64,000 bases of DNA from an uncultured Planctomycetia bacterium (GCA_964431835.1 CAYSKO010000007.1:8997-72996), one strand, 5' to 3'; numbered from the stretch's first letter, positions 1-9,585 are shown. Translations and numbers: made by a program. Notes: generated by a model not told the origin, from the sequence alone.

Positions 1-105
1 GCGAAAATCATCGCGCGCCACAGCGGGTCGATCCGCGTGGAAAGCGAGCCCGGCGCCGGAACGACCTTCCGCGTGCTGCTTCCTGCCGTTCCGGCCTCCG
101 CATGA
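1..105 (+). CDS. Sensor histidine kinase, C-terminal fragment (HATPase_c end, ...GSIRVESEPGAGTTFRVLLP); 5' end lies outside the window
   Basis: Open frame from position 1. The G-x-G-T-T-F motif is typical of the kinase ATP-lid/G2 box. The stop overlaps the start of the next gene (ATGA). Confidence 0.6.
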   Translation, partial: AKIIARHSGSIRVESEPGAGTTFRVLLPAVPASA

Positions 106-476
106 CGGCCCGTCCGCGCATTCTCATCGTCGACGACGACGCGGAAATCTCAAGCTACATGCGCGAGCTTCTCGAAAGCCGCGACTACGAGGTGCGCGTC
201 GTTCCCGACGGAGCCGATGCGATCCGCGAGACGCACCGGTGCCGCATCGACCTCGTCCTCATGGATATCCGCATGCGCACGCTCTCAGGCATCTGGTTCT
301 GCAAGGCGCTGAAGGAAAAGGCGCAGACCCGCAACATTCCGGTCGTGATGGTGTCGGCCTACTCCGACGACGAAAGCCGGCAAAAGGCGTTTTCCGCGGG
401 CGCCGACGGCTTCCTGCCCAAGCCGTTCCGCTCCGAAGACCTCCTCGCGATCATCCGCCGGAAGCTCGCGGCATAA
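102..476 (+). CDS. Stand-alone response-regulator receiver (CheY-like REC) protein, no output domain
   Basis: Has the ILIVDDD acidic pocket, the phospho-acceptor D in LVLMDIRM, a conserved T/S and K (LPKPF). 124 aa, single domain. Confidence 0.85.
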   Translation: MTARPRILIVDDDAEISSYMRELLESRDYEVRVVPDGADAIRETHRCRIDLVLMDIRMRTLSGIWFCKALKEKAQTRNIPVVMVSAYSDDESRQKAFSAGADGFLPKPFRSEDLLAIIRRKLAA

Positions 477-480
477 TTTC

Positions 481-509
481 TCGACACGGGCGCTCCCGTT
501 AGGCATAAT
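481..509 (+). promoter_or_regulatory. Sigma-70-like promoter TCGACA-17 nt-CATAAT placed 7 nt upstream of the ATG at 517 (predicted leaderless transcript)
   Basis: Hexamers read directly from the sequence. There is no SD between the -10 and the ATG. Confidence 0.35.
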
Positions 510-516
510 ACGCCCG

Positions 517-1056
517 ATGCACAACCTCGTTGCCGTTCGACAATCTGACGAGATCCCCGAAGAGCTCCGTTCCACTCCCATCGGCAAGTTGTTTGAGTAC
601 CATAACCTTGGCCGCTCCTGGGAGACGTGCGAGAACGCCGAGCTCCTCGTCGTCATGTGCATGGACAACCGCAAGTACCTGCACATACCGGACAACTTCG
701 CCTACATCGTCCGCGCCGCGGGAGCGAATATCCGCCGCAGCGAATTCAAGATATCTTTCGCGATCGGCGTCGGCGCGGTGCGCCACGTCGCCATGATCGC
801 GCATACGCAGTGCCGCATGATGAACCTGGTCTCCCAAAAAGAGGAGTTCGTGAAAGGCCTTGTCGCCACGGGATGGACCGCCGAGCGCGCGGCCGCCCAC
901 TTCGATGAGTTCGCGCCTTCTTTCGAGATCGGCAACGAAACGGAGTTTATGGCGGGCGAAGCGGTGCGTCTCCGCCGGGAATACCCGAACGTCGTCTTCC
1001 GGCCTATCCTTTACCGCGTCGAAGACAACCTGCTTTACCTCATTTCAGAAAAATAG
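517..1056 (+). CDS. Beta-class carbonic anhydrase-like protein
   Basis: Zinc-ligand motifs C-x-D-x-R (CMDNR) and H-x-x-C (HTQC) at beta-CA spacing. 179 aa. Confidence 0.55.
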   Translation: MHNLVAVRQSDEIPEELRSTPIGKLFEYHNLGRSWETCENAELLVVMCMDNRKYLHIPDNFAYIVRAAGANIRRSEFKISFAIGVGAVRHVAMIAHTQCRMMNLVSQKEEFVKGLVATGWTAERAAAHFDEFAPSFEIGNETEFMAGEAVRLRREYPNVVFRPILYRVEDNLLYLISEK

Positions 1057-1109
1057 AAGATTTCCCCGAAGTGTAGGATAATACCCTCTCGAACAAAAGG
1101 GGATCGCGT

Positions 1110-2171
1110 ATGCCTTTGCTCAAACTGAAAAGTCCCGCGGATTTCATCGGGAAACAGGGTTCCGGCGTCATCAGCTTTGGCTCCGGACAGCCCGACTTGC
1201 CGCCGCCCAAAGAGGCGTTCGAGGGAATCAACGTCAAGCGGGATCTCCGCTACGGCCTGATCCAGGGGGAAACGAACCTTCGCGAGGCTCTCTCGAAGGA
1301 GTACCCCGGCTCGACCGCCGCGAATTTCGTCATTACGAACGGCGCCTCCGAGGCGCTCGATCTCGTCTTCCGCATGTGGCCGGGGGAGAAGATCCTCCTG
1401 CCGCGTCCTTATTATTATTCGTACCTGCCGCTCATTCTGATGGCCGGCATGAAACCCGTGTTCACCGATCTCGTCGACGGCCGCATCGACATCAAAGATT
1501 TCCGCCGGAAGATCCGCGGCTGCAAGGCCGTCCTCGTGAATTCGCCGTCGAACCCCACGGGCCGGGTGGAATCCATCGAGACGCTCAAAGAAATCGAGAA
1601 GACCACGCAGAAGCTCGGCATTTACGTCGTCTCGGACGAAGTCTACAAGGACCTCATCTACGAGCGCGAGAATTACGAGATCCAGGGCAAGCGCGTGATC
1701 ACCATCAACTCGTTCTCGAAAACGTACTGCATGTGCGGGGTGCGCGTGGGGTATCTGTGGAGCGCGGACAAGAAGGTCGTGGAGGACGTCTGCGAATTCA
1801 AGACCCACACCTCGATGAATACGAACCTCGTCGGCCAGGATATGGCCCTTTCCACTTTGAGCGCCCCGAAGGAATACACCGAAAAACAGCGCCTCATCTG
1901 GCGCGAGAGGCGTGATTTCATCTACAAGGGCCTCCTCGACCTGGGTTTCGATCTCTGGAAACCCGAAGGCGCATTTTACGTGTTGCCGAAGGCGAAGAAC
2001 GCCCGGAAGTTCCTCTCGGTGCTGTACCAGGAGCACAAAGTTATCACGTATCTCGGCGAATGGTTCGGCGCCCCCGACCGCATCCGTTTGAGCTACGCAC
2101 TCGACGTGAAGCAGATCGAAGAGGGCCTCGGCCGCATCCGGACCGCGATGAAAAAAGTCCGGGTGCTTTGA
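1110..2171 (+). CDS. PLP-dependent aminotransferase, class I/II (aspartate/aromatic aminotransferase fold)
   Basis: NSPSNPTG motif and the SFSKTY lysine (PLP Schiff base). SD AAAGGGGA upstream. Confidence 0.8.
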   Translation: MPLLKLKSPADFIGKQGSGVISFGSGQPDLPPPKEAFEGINVKRDLRYGLIQGETNLREALSKEYPGSTAANFVITNGASEALDLVFRMWPGEKILLPRPYYYSYLPLILMAGMKPVFTDLVDGRIDIKDFRRKIRGCKAVLVNSPSNPTGRVESIETLKEIEKTTQKLGIYVVSDEVYKDLIYERENYEIQGKRVITINSFSKTYCMCGVRVGYLWSADKKVVEDVCEFKTHTSMNTNLVGQDMALSTLSAPKEYTEKQRLIWRERRDFIYKGLLDLGFDLWKPEGAFYVLPKAKNARKFLSVLYQEHKVITYLGEWFGAPDRIRLSYALDVKQIEEGLGRIRTAMKKVRVL

Positions 2172-2182
2172 AGGAACCGGGC

Positions 2183-3502
2183 GTGAAAAAGGTTTTCCTT
2201 CAAACCTTTGGCTGCCAGATGAACGAGCGCGACTCGGAGGCCGTGACCGGACTTCTTTACGCGCGCGGCTGGACCGGCGTTTCCTCCCCCGAAGAAGCGG
2301 ATCTCCTCCTCTACAACACCTGTTCGATCCGCGACCATGCGGAGCAGAAGGTGTTCGGCCGCATGGGCGGTTTCCGGAAACTCAAAGAAAAGAATCCCAA
2401 GCTCATCATCGGTATCCTCGGCTGCATGGCCCAGGAGCACGGCACGGATTTTTTCCGCCGGAATCCCGGGATCGATCTGGTTTGCGGCACCGGCAACCTC
2501 GCGGACGTTCCCGCGCTCGTCGAGGATATCGAGCGTCAGCGCGGTCCGCGCCTGGCGGTCGACGGCTTGGGCGGCGAATACGGCTTGGACGGAATCGCGT
2601 ACCGCGAGGGCTCGGTGAAGGCACTCGTCACGATCATGACCGGGTGCGACCACCGCTGCACTTACTGCATCGTTCCGTACACGCGCGGAGACGAACGCTC
2701 GCGGCCTTCGAGCGACGTGACGGCCGAGGTCGCGGACCTCGCGGCACGCGGCTTCAAGGACGTCATGCTCCTAGGCCAGAACGTGAACTGCTACGGCAAG
2801 AATCTCGGGGAAGAGGGAATGGATTTCGCCGTTCTCCTGGAGAAGATCCAGACGGCCGCCCCGGGTCTTCCGCGCCTGCGCTTCATCACGAGCCATCCGA
2901 AAGACGCGAGCGACAAGCTTTTCCGCGCGATGCGCGACCTGCCGTCGGTGTGCGAGCATCTTCATCTGCCCGTCCAGTCCGGCGCGAACCCCGTCCTCAA
3001 GCGCATGAAGCGCGAGCACACGGTCGAGTGGTACGTCGAGCGCGTCGAATCCTACCGCGCGCACCTTCCCGAAGGCAGCCTCACGACCGATTTCATCATC
3101 GGTTTCCCGGGCGAAACCGAAAACGATTTTCTGGACACGCTCGCGCTCGTCGAGCGGGCGGAGTTCGACTCTGCGTTCATTTTCCAGTACTCGCCGCGGC
3201 CGGGTACTCCGGCGCTGAAGCTCGCCGACGACGTACCGCAGGAAGAGAAGGGCCGCCGCCACCGCGCGCTCCTGGCCGCGCAGAGGTCCGCGTCGGTCCG
3301 GCGGAACGGCCGTTTCGCGGGACGCACGGTGGAAGTGCTTTTCGAAACGCCTTCGCGCCGCGACGAGGGTCGCTGGGTTGGGCGCTCGCGCGACTACAAG
3401 CGCGTCGTCGCCGCCTCCGCGGTCCCGCTCGAAGGCGAGCTCCGGAGCGTCCGGATCACGGGCATCGCCGACGAGACACTGCTCGGGGAGATCGCTCTTT
3501 GA
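2183..3502 (+). CDS. miaB: tRNA-2-methylthio-N6-dimethylallyladenosine synthase MiaB (radical SAM methylthiotransferase)
   Basis: N-terminal KKVFLQTFGCQMN MTTase motif, CDHRCTYCIVP radical-SAM cysteine triad and a TRAM-like C-terminus. GTG start with SD AAGGA 8 nt upstream. The track ORF from 2060 is an upstream read-through of the same frame. Confidence 0.9.
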   Translation: MKKVFLQTFGCQMNERDSEAVTGLLYARGWTGVSSPEEADLLLYNTCSIRDHAEQKVFGRMGGFRKLKEKNPKLIIGILGCMAQEHGTDFFRRNPGIDLVCGTGNLADVPALVEDIERQRGPRLAVDGLGGEYGLDGIAYREGSVKALVTIMTGCDHRCTYCIVPYTRGDERSRPSSDVTAEVADLAARGFKDVMLLGQNVNCYGKNLGEEGMDFAVLLEKIQTAAPGLPRLRFITSHPKDASDKLFRAMRDLPSVCEHLHLPVQSGANPVLKRMKREHTVEWYVERVESYRAHLPEGSLTTDFIIGFPGETENDFLDTLALVERAEFDSAFIFQYSPRPGTPALKLADDVPQEEKGRRHRALLAAQRSASVRRNGRFAGRTVEVLFETPSRRDEGRWVGRSRDYKRVVAASAVPLEGELRSVRITGIADETLLGEIAL

Positions 3503-4140
3503 AGCGGGGGACGGGCGCGGTGCTGGTTTTCGCGCTTATAGCCGCCTGCGCGCCCGCGCACGCGAATTTTGGCCGCGCGACGACCCGGAAAGAACGCGAA
3601 GCCGCTCTCTCGCCCCGCGGCGCGGCTTCCCGGCTCTACGAGCGCATCCACGAATGTTTCCTGTCGGACGACCACGTTTCTGTCGAGCGGCTCTCCGGCG
3701 AGTATCTGGAGACGCCGCGCCAACCGAAGGCACAGGACGTGAAATTCCTACGTGCGCTCTCTCTCGTCAAGCTCGGCCGCGGAGCCGAAGCGCGCGCCGA
3801 GCTTGAACGCCTCGAATACGGCGCGACGAACCCCGAGAAAAAAGCCCGCGCCGCCGCGGCGATCGGCGACTCGTTCGTGGAAGAGGGCGACCATTCGTCC
3901 GCCTACCGGATTTATCAGGACACGCTCCGCCGCTACCCGTCGTTCTCCGAAGCGCCGTTTCTTCTCGAGCGCCTGGCGGCTTTCGCGCGCGAACTCGGCC
4001 ACGGACGCGAAGCCGATTATTTCGGCGGCCGCTTGTCCGCGGAATTCCCCGGGTGGGCGCCACCGGGCCCTCCGCAGAGCCGTCCTCTCGGCCGCGGCGC
4101 GGTAGAAGAACGACCTCACGACAACGCCGGACGCTCGTGA
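3499..4140 (+). CDS. Secreted hypothetical protein with TPR-like helical repeats (signal peptide MKRGTGAVLVFALIAACAPAHA)
   Basis: TTG start overlapping the miaB stop, with SD GGGAGA. An n-h-c signal peptide ends in AHA. The Ala/Leu-rich helical repeats are TPR-like. An alternative start is GTG 3520. Confidence 0.5.
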   Translation: MKRGTGAVLVFALIAACAPAHANFGRATTRKEREAALSPRGAASRLYERIHECFLSDDHVSVERLSGEYLETPRQPKAQDVKFLRALSLVKLGRGAEARAELERLEYGATNPEKKARAAAAIGDSFVEEGDHSSAYRIYQDTLRRYPSFSEAPFLLERLAAFARELGHGREADYFGGRLSAEFPGWAPPGPPQSRPLGRGAVEERPHDNAGRS

Positions 4141-5054
4141 GCGGGGAGGCGCGCCGCCTCGTCGCGATAGTCGGCCCGACGGCTTCTGGAAAATCCGACG
4201 TCGCCGCGGCCGTCGCCCGGCGCCTGCCGGTCGAGATCGTTTCCTGCGATTCTATGCAAGTGTACGCAGGTATGGCGGTCGTCACGCAGGCGCCGCCGCC
4301 CGGCTCGGCGCACCTAGTCTCCTTTCTTGATCCGTCGGAAGAATACAACGCCGCCCTTTTCCGGAAGGACGCCTCGCGGATCGCGGCGGAGATATCGTCA
4401 CGCGGGCACCTCCCGCTCGTGACCGGCGGGACCGGCCTCTATCTGCGCGCGCTTCTCGACGGGCTTTTCGAGGAAGGCGCCGCGAAGGATCAGGCGCTCC
4501 GTGACCGGCTCGTCGCCGAGGCGGCCGTATCGGGAGCGCCCGCGCTCCACGCGCGCTTGGCCGTGCTCGATCCAGCGCGCGCGGGGCGCGTGCATCCGAA
4601 CGACCTTCGACGCATCGTCCGAGCCCTCGAAGTCTGCGAGCTCACGCGCCGGCCGATGTCCGAGCAAGAGCCGCGCCGGAGCGGACTTCGCACGGAATAC
4701 GCGTGCCGGATATTCCTTCTCGAGCGTTCGCGGGAGGATCTCTACGCCCGCATCGAACGGCGCGTCGAACGGATGACGGGTGAAGGGCTTCTCGACGAAG
4801 TCCGGCGGCTCGCCGGGCGGCCGCTCGGCAAAACCGCCGCGACCGCGCTCGGAATCCCCGAGATGCGCGCCCATTTGGAAGGGAAGATCACGCTCGAAGA
4901 GGCGGCGGCCCTTCTTAAAAAAAATTCGCGCCATTACGCGAAGCGCCAGCTTTCGTGGTTCCGCCACGAGAAGGGCGTGGAGCCGGTCCTTGTGGGAGCC
5001 GCCGAGACGGCGGAGGAAACCGCGGAAAAAATAATCGGAGCTTTGAGCGCATGA
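4137..5054 (+). CDS. miaA: tRNA dimethylallyltransferase MiaA
   Basis: P-loop [10 protein letters not shown] and the LVGGTGLY motif. GTG start overlaps the upstream stop (GTGA). Confidence 0.9.
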   Translation: MSGEARRLVAIVGPTASGKSDVAAAVARRLPVEIVSCDSMQVYAGMAVVTQAPPPGSAHLVSFLDPSEEYNAALFRKDASRIAAEISSRGHLPLVTGGTGLYLRALLDGLFEEGAAKDQALRDRLVAEAAVSGAPALHARLAVLDPARAGRVHPNDLRRIVRALEVCELTRRPMSEQEPRRSGLRTEYACRIFLLERSREDLYARIERRVERMTGEGLLDEVRRLAGRPLGKTAATALGIPEMRAHLEGKITLEEAAALLKKNSRHYAKRQLSWFRHEKGVEPVLVGAAETAEETAEKIIGALSA

Positions 5055-6301
5055 GAGAGCGGGCGTTTTTGGTCAATTTTTCGTTCGAGAACGACAAGCG
5101 GTCCTCGCGGCTCGAAGATGACGCGGCGGAGCTCGAGGAACTCGCGCGGGCCGCGGGCCTCGCGGTATGCGGCTCGGTAAAATTCCGTCAGCCGCGCGCC
5201 ACGGCCGCGACGCTCGTGGGGAGCGGCAAAGCCGTCGAGCTCGCGGCCCTCGCCCGCGCGGCGAAGGCCGACGTGGTCGTTTATGGAAGCGAGCTTTCAC
5301 CGAGCCAGCAGCGCAACCTCGAGGAGGCGAACGGCCGCAAGACGATCGACCGCACGCAGCTCATCCTCGATATTTTCGCCCAGCGCGCCCGCTCGAACGA
5401 AGGCAAACTCCAGGTCGAGCTCGCGCAGCTTCAGTACCTCCTGCCGCGGCTTTCCGGAAAGGGGAACGAAATGTCCCGCTTGGGCGGCGGCGTGGGCACG
5501 CGCGGTCCGGGCGAACAGAAGCTCGAAGTCGACCGCCGGCGCGTGCGCGAGCGTGTGGCGCGTCTCACCGACGCGTTGGCCGAGCTCCAAGTGCGGCGCG
5601 GTGCGGGCATTGCGCGCAAAAAAGAGCAGAGGCTGCCGCTTTTGGCGCTCGCCGGCTACACGAACGCCGGGAAATCGAGCCTCTTCAACAGGCTCACGAA
5701 TTCCACCGGCCTCGTGAAAGACCAGCTTTTCTCCACGCTCGACACGACCACGCGTCTGGCCACGCTCCCGGGCCGCCGCGAAGCGCTTCTGGTCGACACG
5801 GTCGGTTTCGTGCGGGATTTGCCGCACCATCTCGTCGAGTCATTCAAGGCGACGCTCGAAGAGACCGTGCACGCGGATATTCTCCTTCATATCGTCGACG
5901 CAAGCCGCCCGGACCGGGATTTTCTGCAGGAATCGGTTCTTTCGGTGCTGGAGAGTCTTGGCGCCGACGAGAAGCGCACGATCCTCGTCTTCAACAAGGC
6001 CGACCGCCTCACCCCCGAAGACCGCCGCTCGCTGAAAGCCGCCGATCCCGACGCCTCGCTCGTCTCCGCCTTGACGGGCGAGGGGATCGACGCGCTCGTC
6101 GAGCGCCTCGCGGCCGCGCTGCCTGAACGGGTGACGAAACGCTTCTTCCTTCCGCCCCGGGCTTCCAGCCTTCTCCACCTCCTCTATGAAAACGGCGACG
6201 TCACCGCCCGCGTCGATGACGCGCGCGGCGTGCACGTGACCGTCACTCTCGCCCCCGAGACCGCTGAAACCTTCCTTAAGCGGCTGAAATCCTTGGAATA
6301 G
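5051..6301 (+). CDS. hflX: GTPase HflX
   Basis: HflX N-domain plus G-domain ([21 protein letters not shown]). ATGA overlap with miaA. Confidence 0.9.
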   Translation: MRERAFLVNFSFENDKRSSRLEDDAAELEELARAAGLAVCGSVKFRQPRATAATLVGSGKAVELAALARAAKADVVVYGSELSPSQQRNLEEANGRKTIDRTQLILDIFAQRARSNEGKLQVELAQLQYLLPRLSGKGNEMSRLGGGVGTRGPGEQKLEVDRRRVRERVARLTDALAELQVRRGAGIARKKEQRLPLLALAGYTNAGKSSLFNRLTNSTGLVKDQLFSTLDTTTRLATLPGRREALLVDTVGFVRDLPHHLVESFKATLEETVHADILLHIVDASRPDRDFLQESVLSVLESLGADEKRTILVFNKADRLTPEDRRSLKAADPDASLVSALTGEGIDALVERLAAALPERVTKRFFLPPRASSLLHLLYENGDVTARVDDARGVHVTVTLAPETAETFLKRLKSLE

Positions 6302-6401
6302 AGATTTTAAAAAGAAGTTTATGAAGAAAACACATTTCGGTTGACCCCTTAAAGCTGAATTGGTATCGTAATAAACGTTTCTACGGCTTATTTTTCCCTT
6401 C

Positions 6402-6423
6402 CGCGCCTTGCGCGACTTTTTTT
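6402..6423 (+). terminator. Putative intrinsic terminator downstream of hflX (CGCGC-ctt-GCGCG followed by TTTTTTT)
   Basis: A 5-bp all-GC stem with a 3-nt loop and a 7-T run, read directly. Confidence 0.3.
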
Positions 6424-6472
6424 CTGCCGTTTCGCTTCTGGATAAGTTTAACGACGTTTCAAAAAGGCATCC

Positions 6473-8134
6473 ATGGTCTCAGGCCGCCGCAGAAAACTCG
6501 CCCTCTTTTCCATCCTCACCCTGATCCCGCTTTTGGCGCTCCAGGTGCACTCCTCAGATTTCAAAGACCGGCTACTCCTAGCCATCCTCGGCTTGTGGAT
6601 AGCCGGCGCGTGGATCATCGTCGAGCGCGAACTGAACCAGGGGGACCGCGCGCGGGCGCGCGCCGAGAAGGAGCGCGCCGAGATGAACGTCTTCTTAGAC
6701 TCCATCATCGAAAACATCCCCCACATGATCTTCGTGAAAGACGCACGGGATCTTCGTTTCGTGCGTTTCAACAAGGCGGGGGAGGAGCTCCTGGGTTATC
6801 CGCGCGGTGAGCTCATCGGAAAGAACGATTACGATTTCTTCTCGAAGTCCGAGGCCGATTTCTTCACGCAAAAAGACCGGGAAACGCTCGAGCGCGGAGA
6901 GGTTGTGGACGTAACCGAGGAGCCGATCGAAACCAGGCACAAGGGAGTGCGTATCCTCCACACGAAGAAGATTCCATTGAAAGGCCTGGACGGCCGCGCG
7001 CTCTTCCTTCTCGGCATTTCCGAGGACATCACCGAACGCAAGCACGCCGAGCAGGCACTCCACGACTCGTCGGCGGAGATCCGCGATCTCTACAACAACG
7101 CGCCTTGCGGCTACCATTCCGTCGACAGCGAAGGGACGTTCGTCGAAATGAACGACACCGAGCTTTCGTGGCTGGGTTATTCGCGCACGGACGTGATCGG
7201 GCGCATGAAAATCTCGCACGTTCTCGCCGAAGACAGCCGCAAGCTCTTCGAATGGCATTTCGCCCAGTTCAAACGCCGCGGCGAGATCCGCGGCCTGGAG
7301 CTCGATCTTATACGGAAGGACGGCCGCGCGATGCCGGTTATTATGAGCGCCACAGGCGTCTACGACGCGGGCGGTAATTTCGTTAAAAGCAGGACCACCC
7401 TCTTCGACCTCACCGAAAGAAAACGCGCCGAGGAGCTCGCGCGGTCCAACCGGGAGCTCGAGCTTTTCGCGCGCACCGCTTCCCACGATTTGAAGGAGCC
7501 TCTGCGGAAAATCCTCCATTTCGGAGACCGCCTGAAAGAGAAGCTCTCGCGCACGCTCGAGCCCGACGACCACGATTCGCTCGAACGCATGACGCGCGCC
7601 GGCGCGCGGATGGGCCGGCTCATCGACGACCTGCTTCTTTTCTCGAAAGTCGCCGTCCAGCCCCGTGAGCAGCACGAGATCGACCTTTCCCAGGCGGTGC
7701 GGGAGGCTTTGGCGGACCTTGAGATGCGCGTTCAAGAGACCCGCGCCGCGATCACGGTCGGGAGCCTTCCGACGCTGAGGGGGGAGCCCGTCCAGATCCG
7801 CCAGCTTTTCCAGAACCTGCTCTCGAACGCGCTCAAGTTCTGCAAGAAAGAGGAACCGCCCCGCATCGAGATTTCGGGCCGCGAATTCGACGGGCAGGTC
7901 GAAGTCACGATCCGCGACAACGGCATCGGTTTCCCGGAGCGCGAAAAGGAGCGTATTTTCCGCCCGTTCCAACGCGTCCACAGCGAGTTCGAGGGGACGG
8001 GCCTGGGGCTTTCCATCTGCCAGAAGATCGTCGAAAGCCATGGGGGGACGCTTGCCGCCGAAAGCTCTCCCGGACAAGGCTGTCTTTTCCGTTTGACTCT
8101 CCCGAAGCAGGGCCGTCCCGCCGAATCCAGCTAG
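6473..8134 (+). CDS. Membrane-anchored PAS-PAS sensor histidine kinase (HisKA + HATPase_c), orphan (no adjacent regulator)
   Basis: N-terminal TM segments, two PAS folds, the H-box ASHDLKEPL, the N-box LLSNALKF and the G-boxes DNGIGF/GTGLGL. Confidence 0.85.
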   Translation: MVSGRRRKLALFSILTLIPLLALQVHSSDFKDRLLLAILGLWIAGAWIIVERELNQGDRARARAEKERAEMNVFLDSIIENIPHMIFVKDARDLRFVRFNKAGEELLGYPRGELIGKNDYDFFSKSEADFFTQKDRETLERGEVVDVTEEPIETRHKGVRILHTKKIPLKGLDGRALFLLGISEDITERKHAEQALHDSSAEIRDLYNNAPCGYHSVDSEGTFVEMNDTELSWLGYSRTDVIGRMKISHVLAEDSRKLFEWHFAQFKRRGEIRGLELDLIRKDGRAMPVIMSATGVYDAGGNFVKSRTTLFDLTERKRAEELARSNRELELFARTASHDLKEPLRKILHFGDRLKEKLSRTLEPDDHDSLERMTRAGARMGRLIDDLLLFSKVAVQPREQHEIDLSQAVREALADLEMRVQETRAAITVGSLPTLRGEPVQIRQLFQNLLSNALKFCKKEEPPRIEISGREFDGQVEVTIRDNGIGFPEREKERIFRPFQRVHSEFEGTGLGLSICQKIVESHGGTLAAESSPGQGCLFRLTLPKQGRPAESS

Positions 8135-8138
8135 AATC

Positions 8139-8166
8139 TTGACACCCGCCGGGATTGTGCTATTCT
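8139..8166 (+). promoter_or_regulatory. Sigma-70-like promoter of the heat-shock operon: TTGACA-16 nt-TATTCT
   Basis: Perfect -35 hexamer. The -10 lies immediately upstream of CIRCE. Confidence 0.45.
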
Positions 8167-8171
8167 AAGCA

Positions 8172-8198
8172 TTAGCACTCACTCTCTGTGAGTGCTAG
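8172..8198 (+). promoter_or_regulatory. CIRCE operator (HrcA binding site) TTAGCACTC-N9-GAGTGCTAG
   Basis: Matches the consensus TTAGCACTC-N9-GAGTGCTAA at 17/18 positions. It sits between the promoter and hrcA. Confidence 0.85.
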
Positions 8199-8211
8199 AA
8201 GGAGCCCTGGA

Positions 8212-9024
8212 ATGAGCGACAATCAGGCACGCAAGGACAAGGTTTTCGAACTCATCGTCCGAGCTTATATCGAGACCGCCGAACCGGTGGGCTCGCGCAT
8301 GATCTCCCGCCGTTCCGACCTGGGTTTATCCTCGGCATCCATCCGGAACGTGATGGCCGACCTCGAAGAAGAGGGTCTTCTGGCCCAGCCCCACACGTCG
8401 GCCGGCCGCGTGCCGACCGACAAGGGCTACCGTTACTACGTCGACCGGCTCATGGAGCGTGAAGAGCTGCACGATGACGAAAAGGCCGAGATCCGCGCCG
8501 AGCTCGACAAAGCCAAGTCCATCGACGGCATGGCGCTCAAAGTTTCCAAGCTCATCTCGGAACTCACCGAGAACACCGCGCTCATTTACATTCAGGGGAT
8601 CAAGCGTATTTCTTTCCTATCCGGGCAGAACGATCCCGAGCAGGCGCGTAAGTTGTCGGCCCTCATCGATGAGGCGGCCGCCGAGCTTTTCATCGATGGC
8701 GCGTTCCGGATGTTCGAGCAGCCGGAGTTTCAGGATTCCAAGCAGATGCGCCTGCTTCTCCAGACGCTCGACGACAAGGACGGCCTCGTGCGCGTGTTCG
8801 TGAAGGATCTCTCGCGGGACGAGGGTTTGCGGGTCCACATCGGGAGCGAGAACGCGCCCGAGAAGCTCGATAATTTGAGTCTCGTCGTCAAAGATTGCCA
8901 CCTAGGGCTCACGCCGTTCGGCGCCATCGCCGTCGTCGGTCCCAAACGCATGCGCTACGCGCGCATCGTCTCGGTCGTCGAGTTCGTGGCGGACACCGTT
9001 TCCGAAAAGATGAAGAGGATCTGA
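8212..9024 (+). CDS. hrcA: Heat-inducible transcription repressor HrcA
   Basis: Winged-HTH N-terminus (ELIVRAYIETAEPVGSR), HrcA family length and the operon context. ATG with SD AAGGAG; a possible in-frame upstream start is at 8188. Confidence 0.85.
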   Translation: MSDNQARKDKVFELIVRAYIETAEPVGSRMISRRSDLGLSSASIRNVMADLEEEGLLAQPHTSAGRVPTDKGYRYYVDRLMEREELHDDEKAEIRAELDKAKSIDGMALKVSKLISELTENTALIYIQGIKRISFLSGQNDPEQARKLSALIDEAAAELFIDGAFRMFEQPEFQDSKQMRLLLQTLDDKDGLVRVFVKDLSRDEGLRVHIGSENAPEKLDNLSLVVKDCHLGLTPFGAIAVVGPKRMRYARIVSVVEFVADTVSEKMKRI

Positions 9025-9557
9025 TGTTCGGTAAAAAAGATTCCGAAACGAACGCCGAGGGCGCGCAGCCCTCCGGAGAGCCTCGAGACTCGGCCGAAGC
9101 CCCGAAGCCCGCGGAAGATCTGAAGGTCGCCGAGTACCGCGACCAGATGCTGCGCATGAAAGCCGAATTCGAAAACGTGAAGAAGCGCCTCGAGCGCGAC
9201 AAGTCGGACGCCGTCAAGTACGCGAACGAGAAAATTCTCGTGGACGTGCTCCAGATCGCAGACAACTTCGAGCGCGCGCTCTCCAGTATCGACCAGGGCC
9301 ACGACCCGGCGAAGGTGAAGCAGGGTCTCTCGATCGTCCGCGACGAGCTTAAGAAAGTGCTCGAGCGCCACGGCGTCGAGACGGTCTCGAGCGTCGGCGC
9401 ACCGTTCGATCCCAACCTGCACGAGGCGGTCGGGATCGTCGAGACCGACGACGCCGAGGACGGCACGGTCGTCGACGAAGTTCAAAAAGGTTATTTTCTC
9501 AATGGGCGCTTGATCCGCCCGAGCCGCGTGCGAGTCGCACAAGCGGCCAAAAAATAA
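9024..9557 (+). CDS. grpE: Nucleotide exchange factor GrpE
   Basis: GrpE coiled-coil plus beta-domain ([12 protein letters not shown]..., [16 protein letters not shown]). ATGA overlap with hrcA. Confidence 0.9.
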   Translation: MFGKKDSETNAEGAQPSGEPRDSAEAPKPAEDLKVAEYRDQMLRMKAEFENVKKRLERDKSDAVKYANEKILVDVLQIADNFERALSSIDQGHDPAKVKQGLSIVRDELKKVLERHGVETVSSVGAPFDPNLHEAVGIVETDDAEDGTVVDEVQKGYFLNGRLIRPSRVRVAQAAKK

Positions 9558-9585
9558 ATCCGTAAGAAAACAGGGGGTTACGAAC

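Noticed and set aside
1035-2036. Long antisense ORFs (e.g. 1035-2036 -, 6695-8077 -, 9499-10245 -, 10246-11202 -, 13302-14570 -, 20695-22302 -, 27899-29449 -, 32809-33879 -, 41060-42562 -, 46309-47934 -, 54512-56476 -)
   Set aside because: In 65% GC DNA, stop codons are rare in non-coding frames. These ORFs lie exactly opposite strongly supported housekeeping genes and have Arg/Ala/Gly-rich, domain-free translations and no SDs. They are frame artefacts.
2482-4140. 552-aa + strand ORF spanning miaB and the TPR gene in another frame
   Set aside because: Its translation is Arg/Pro-rich and low-complexity. Only its last about 210 codons (from 3499) coincide with a sensible secreted-protein frame. 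The rest overlaps the well-supported miaB frame.
6302-6472. tRNA or small RNA gene in the AT-rich hflX-histidine kinase intergenic region
   Set aside because: No cloverleaf-compatible arms or conserved tRNA boxes could be traced by eye. Only a short GC hairpin plus T-run (annotated as a weak terminator) and promoter-like hexamers were seen.
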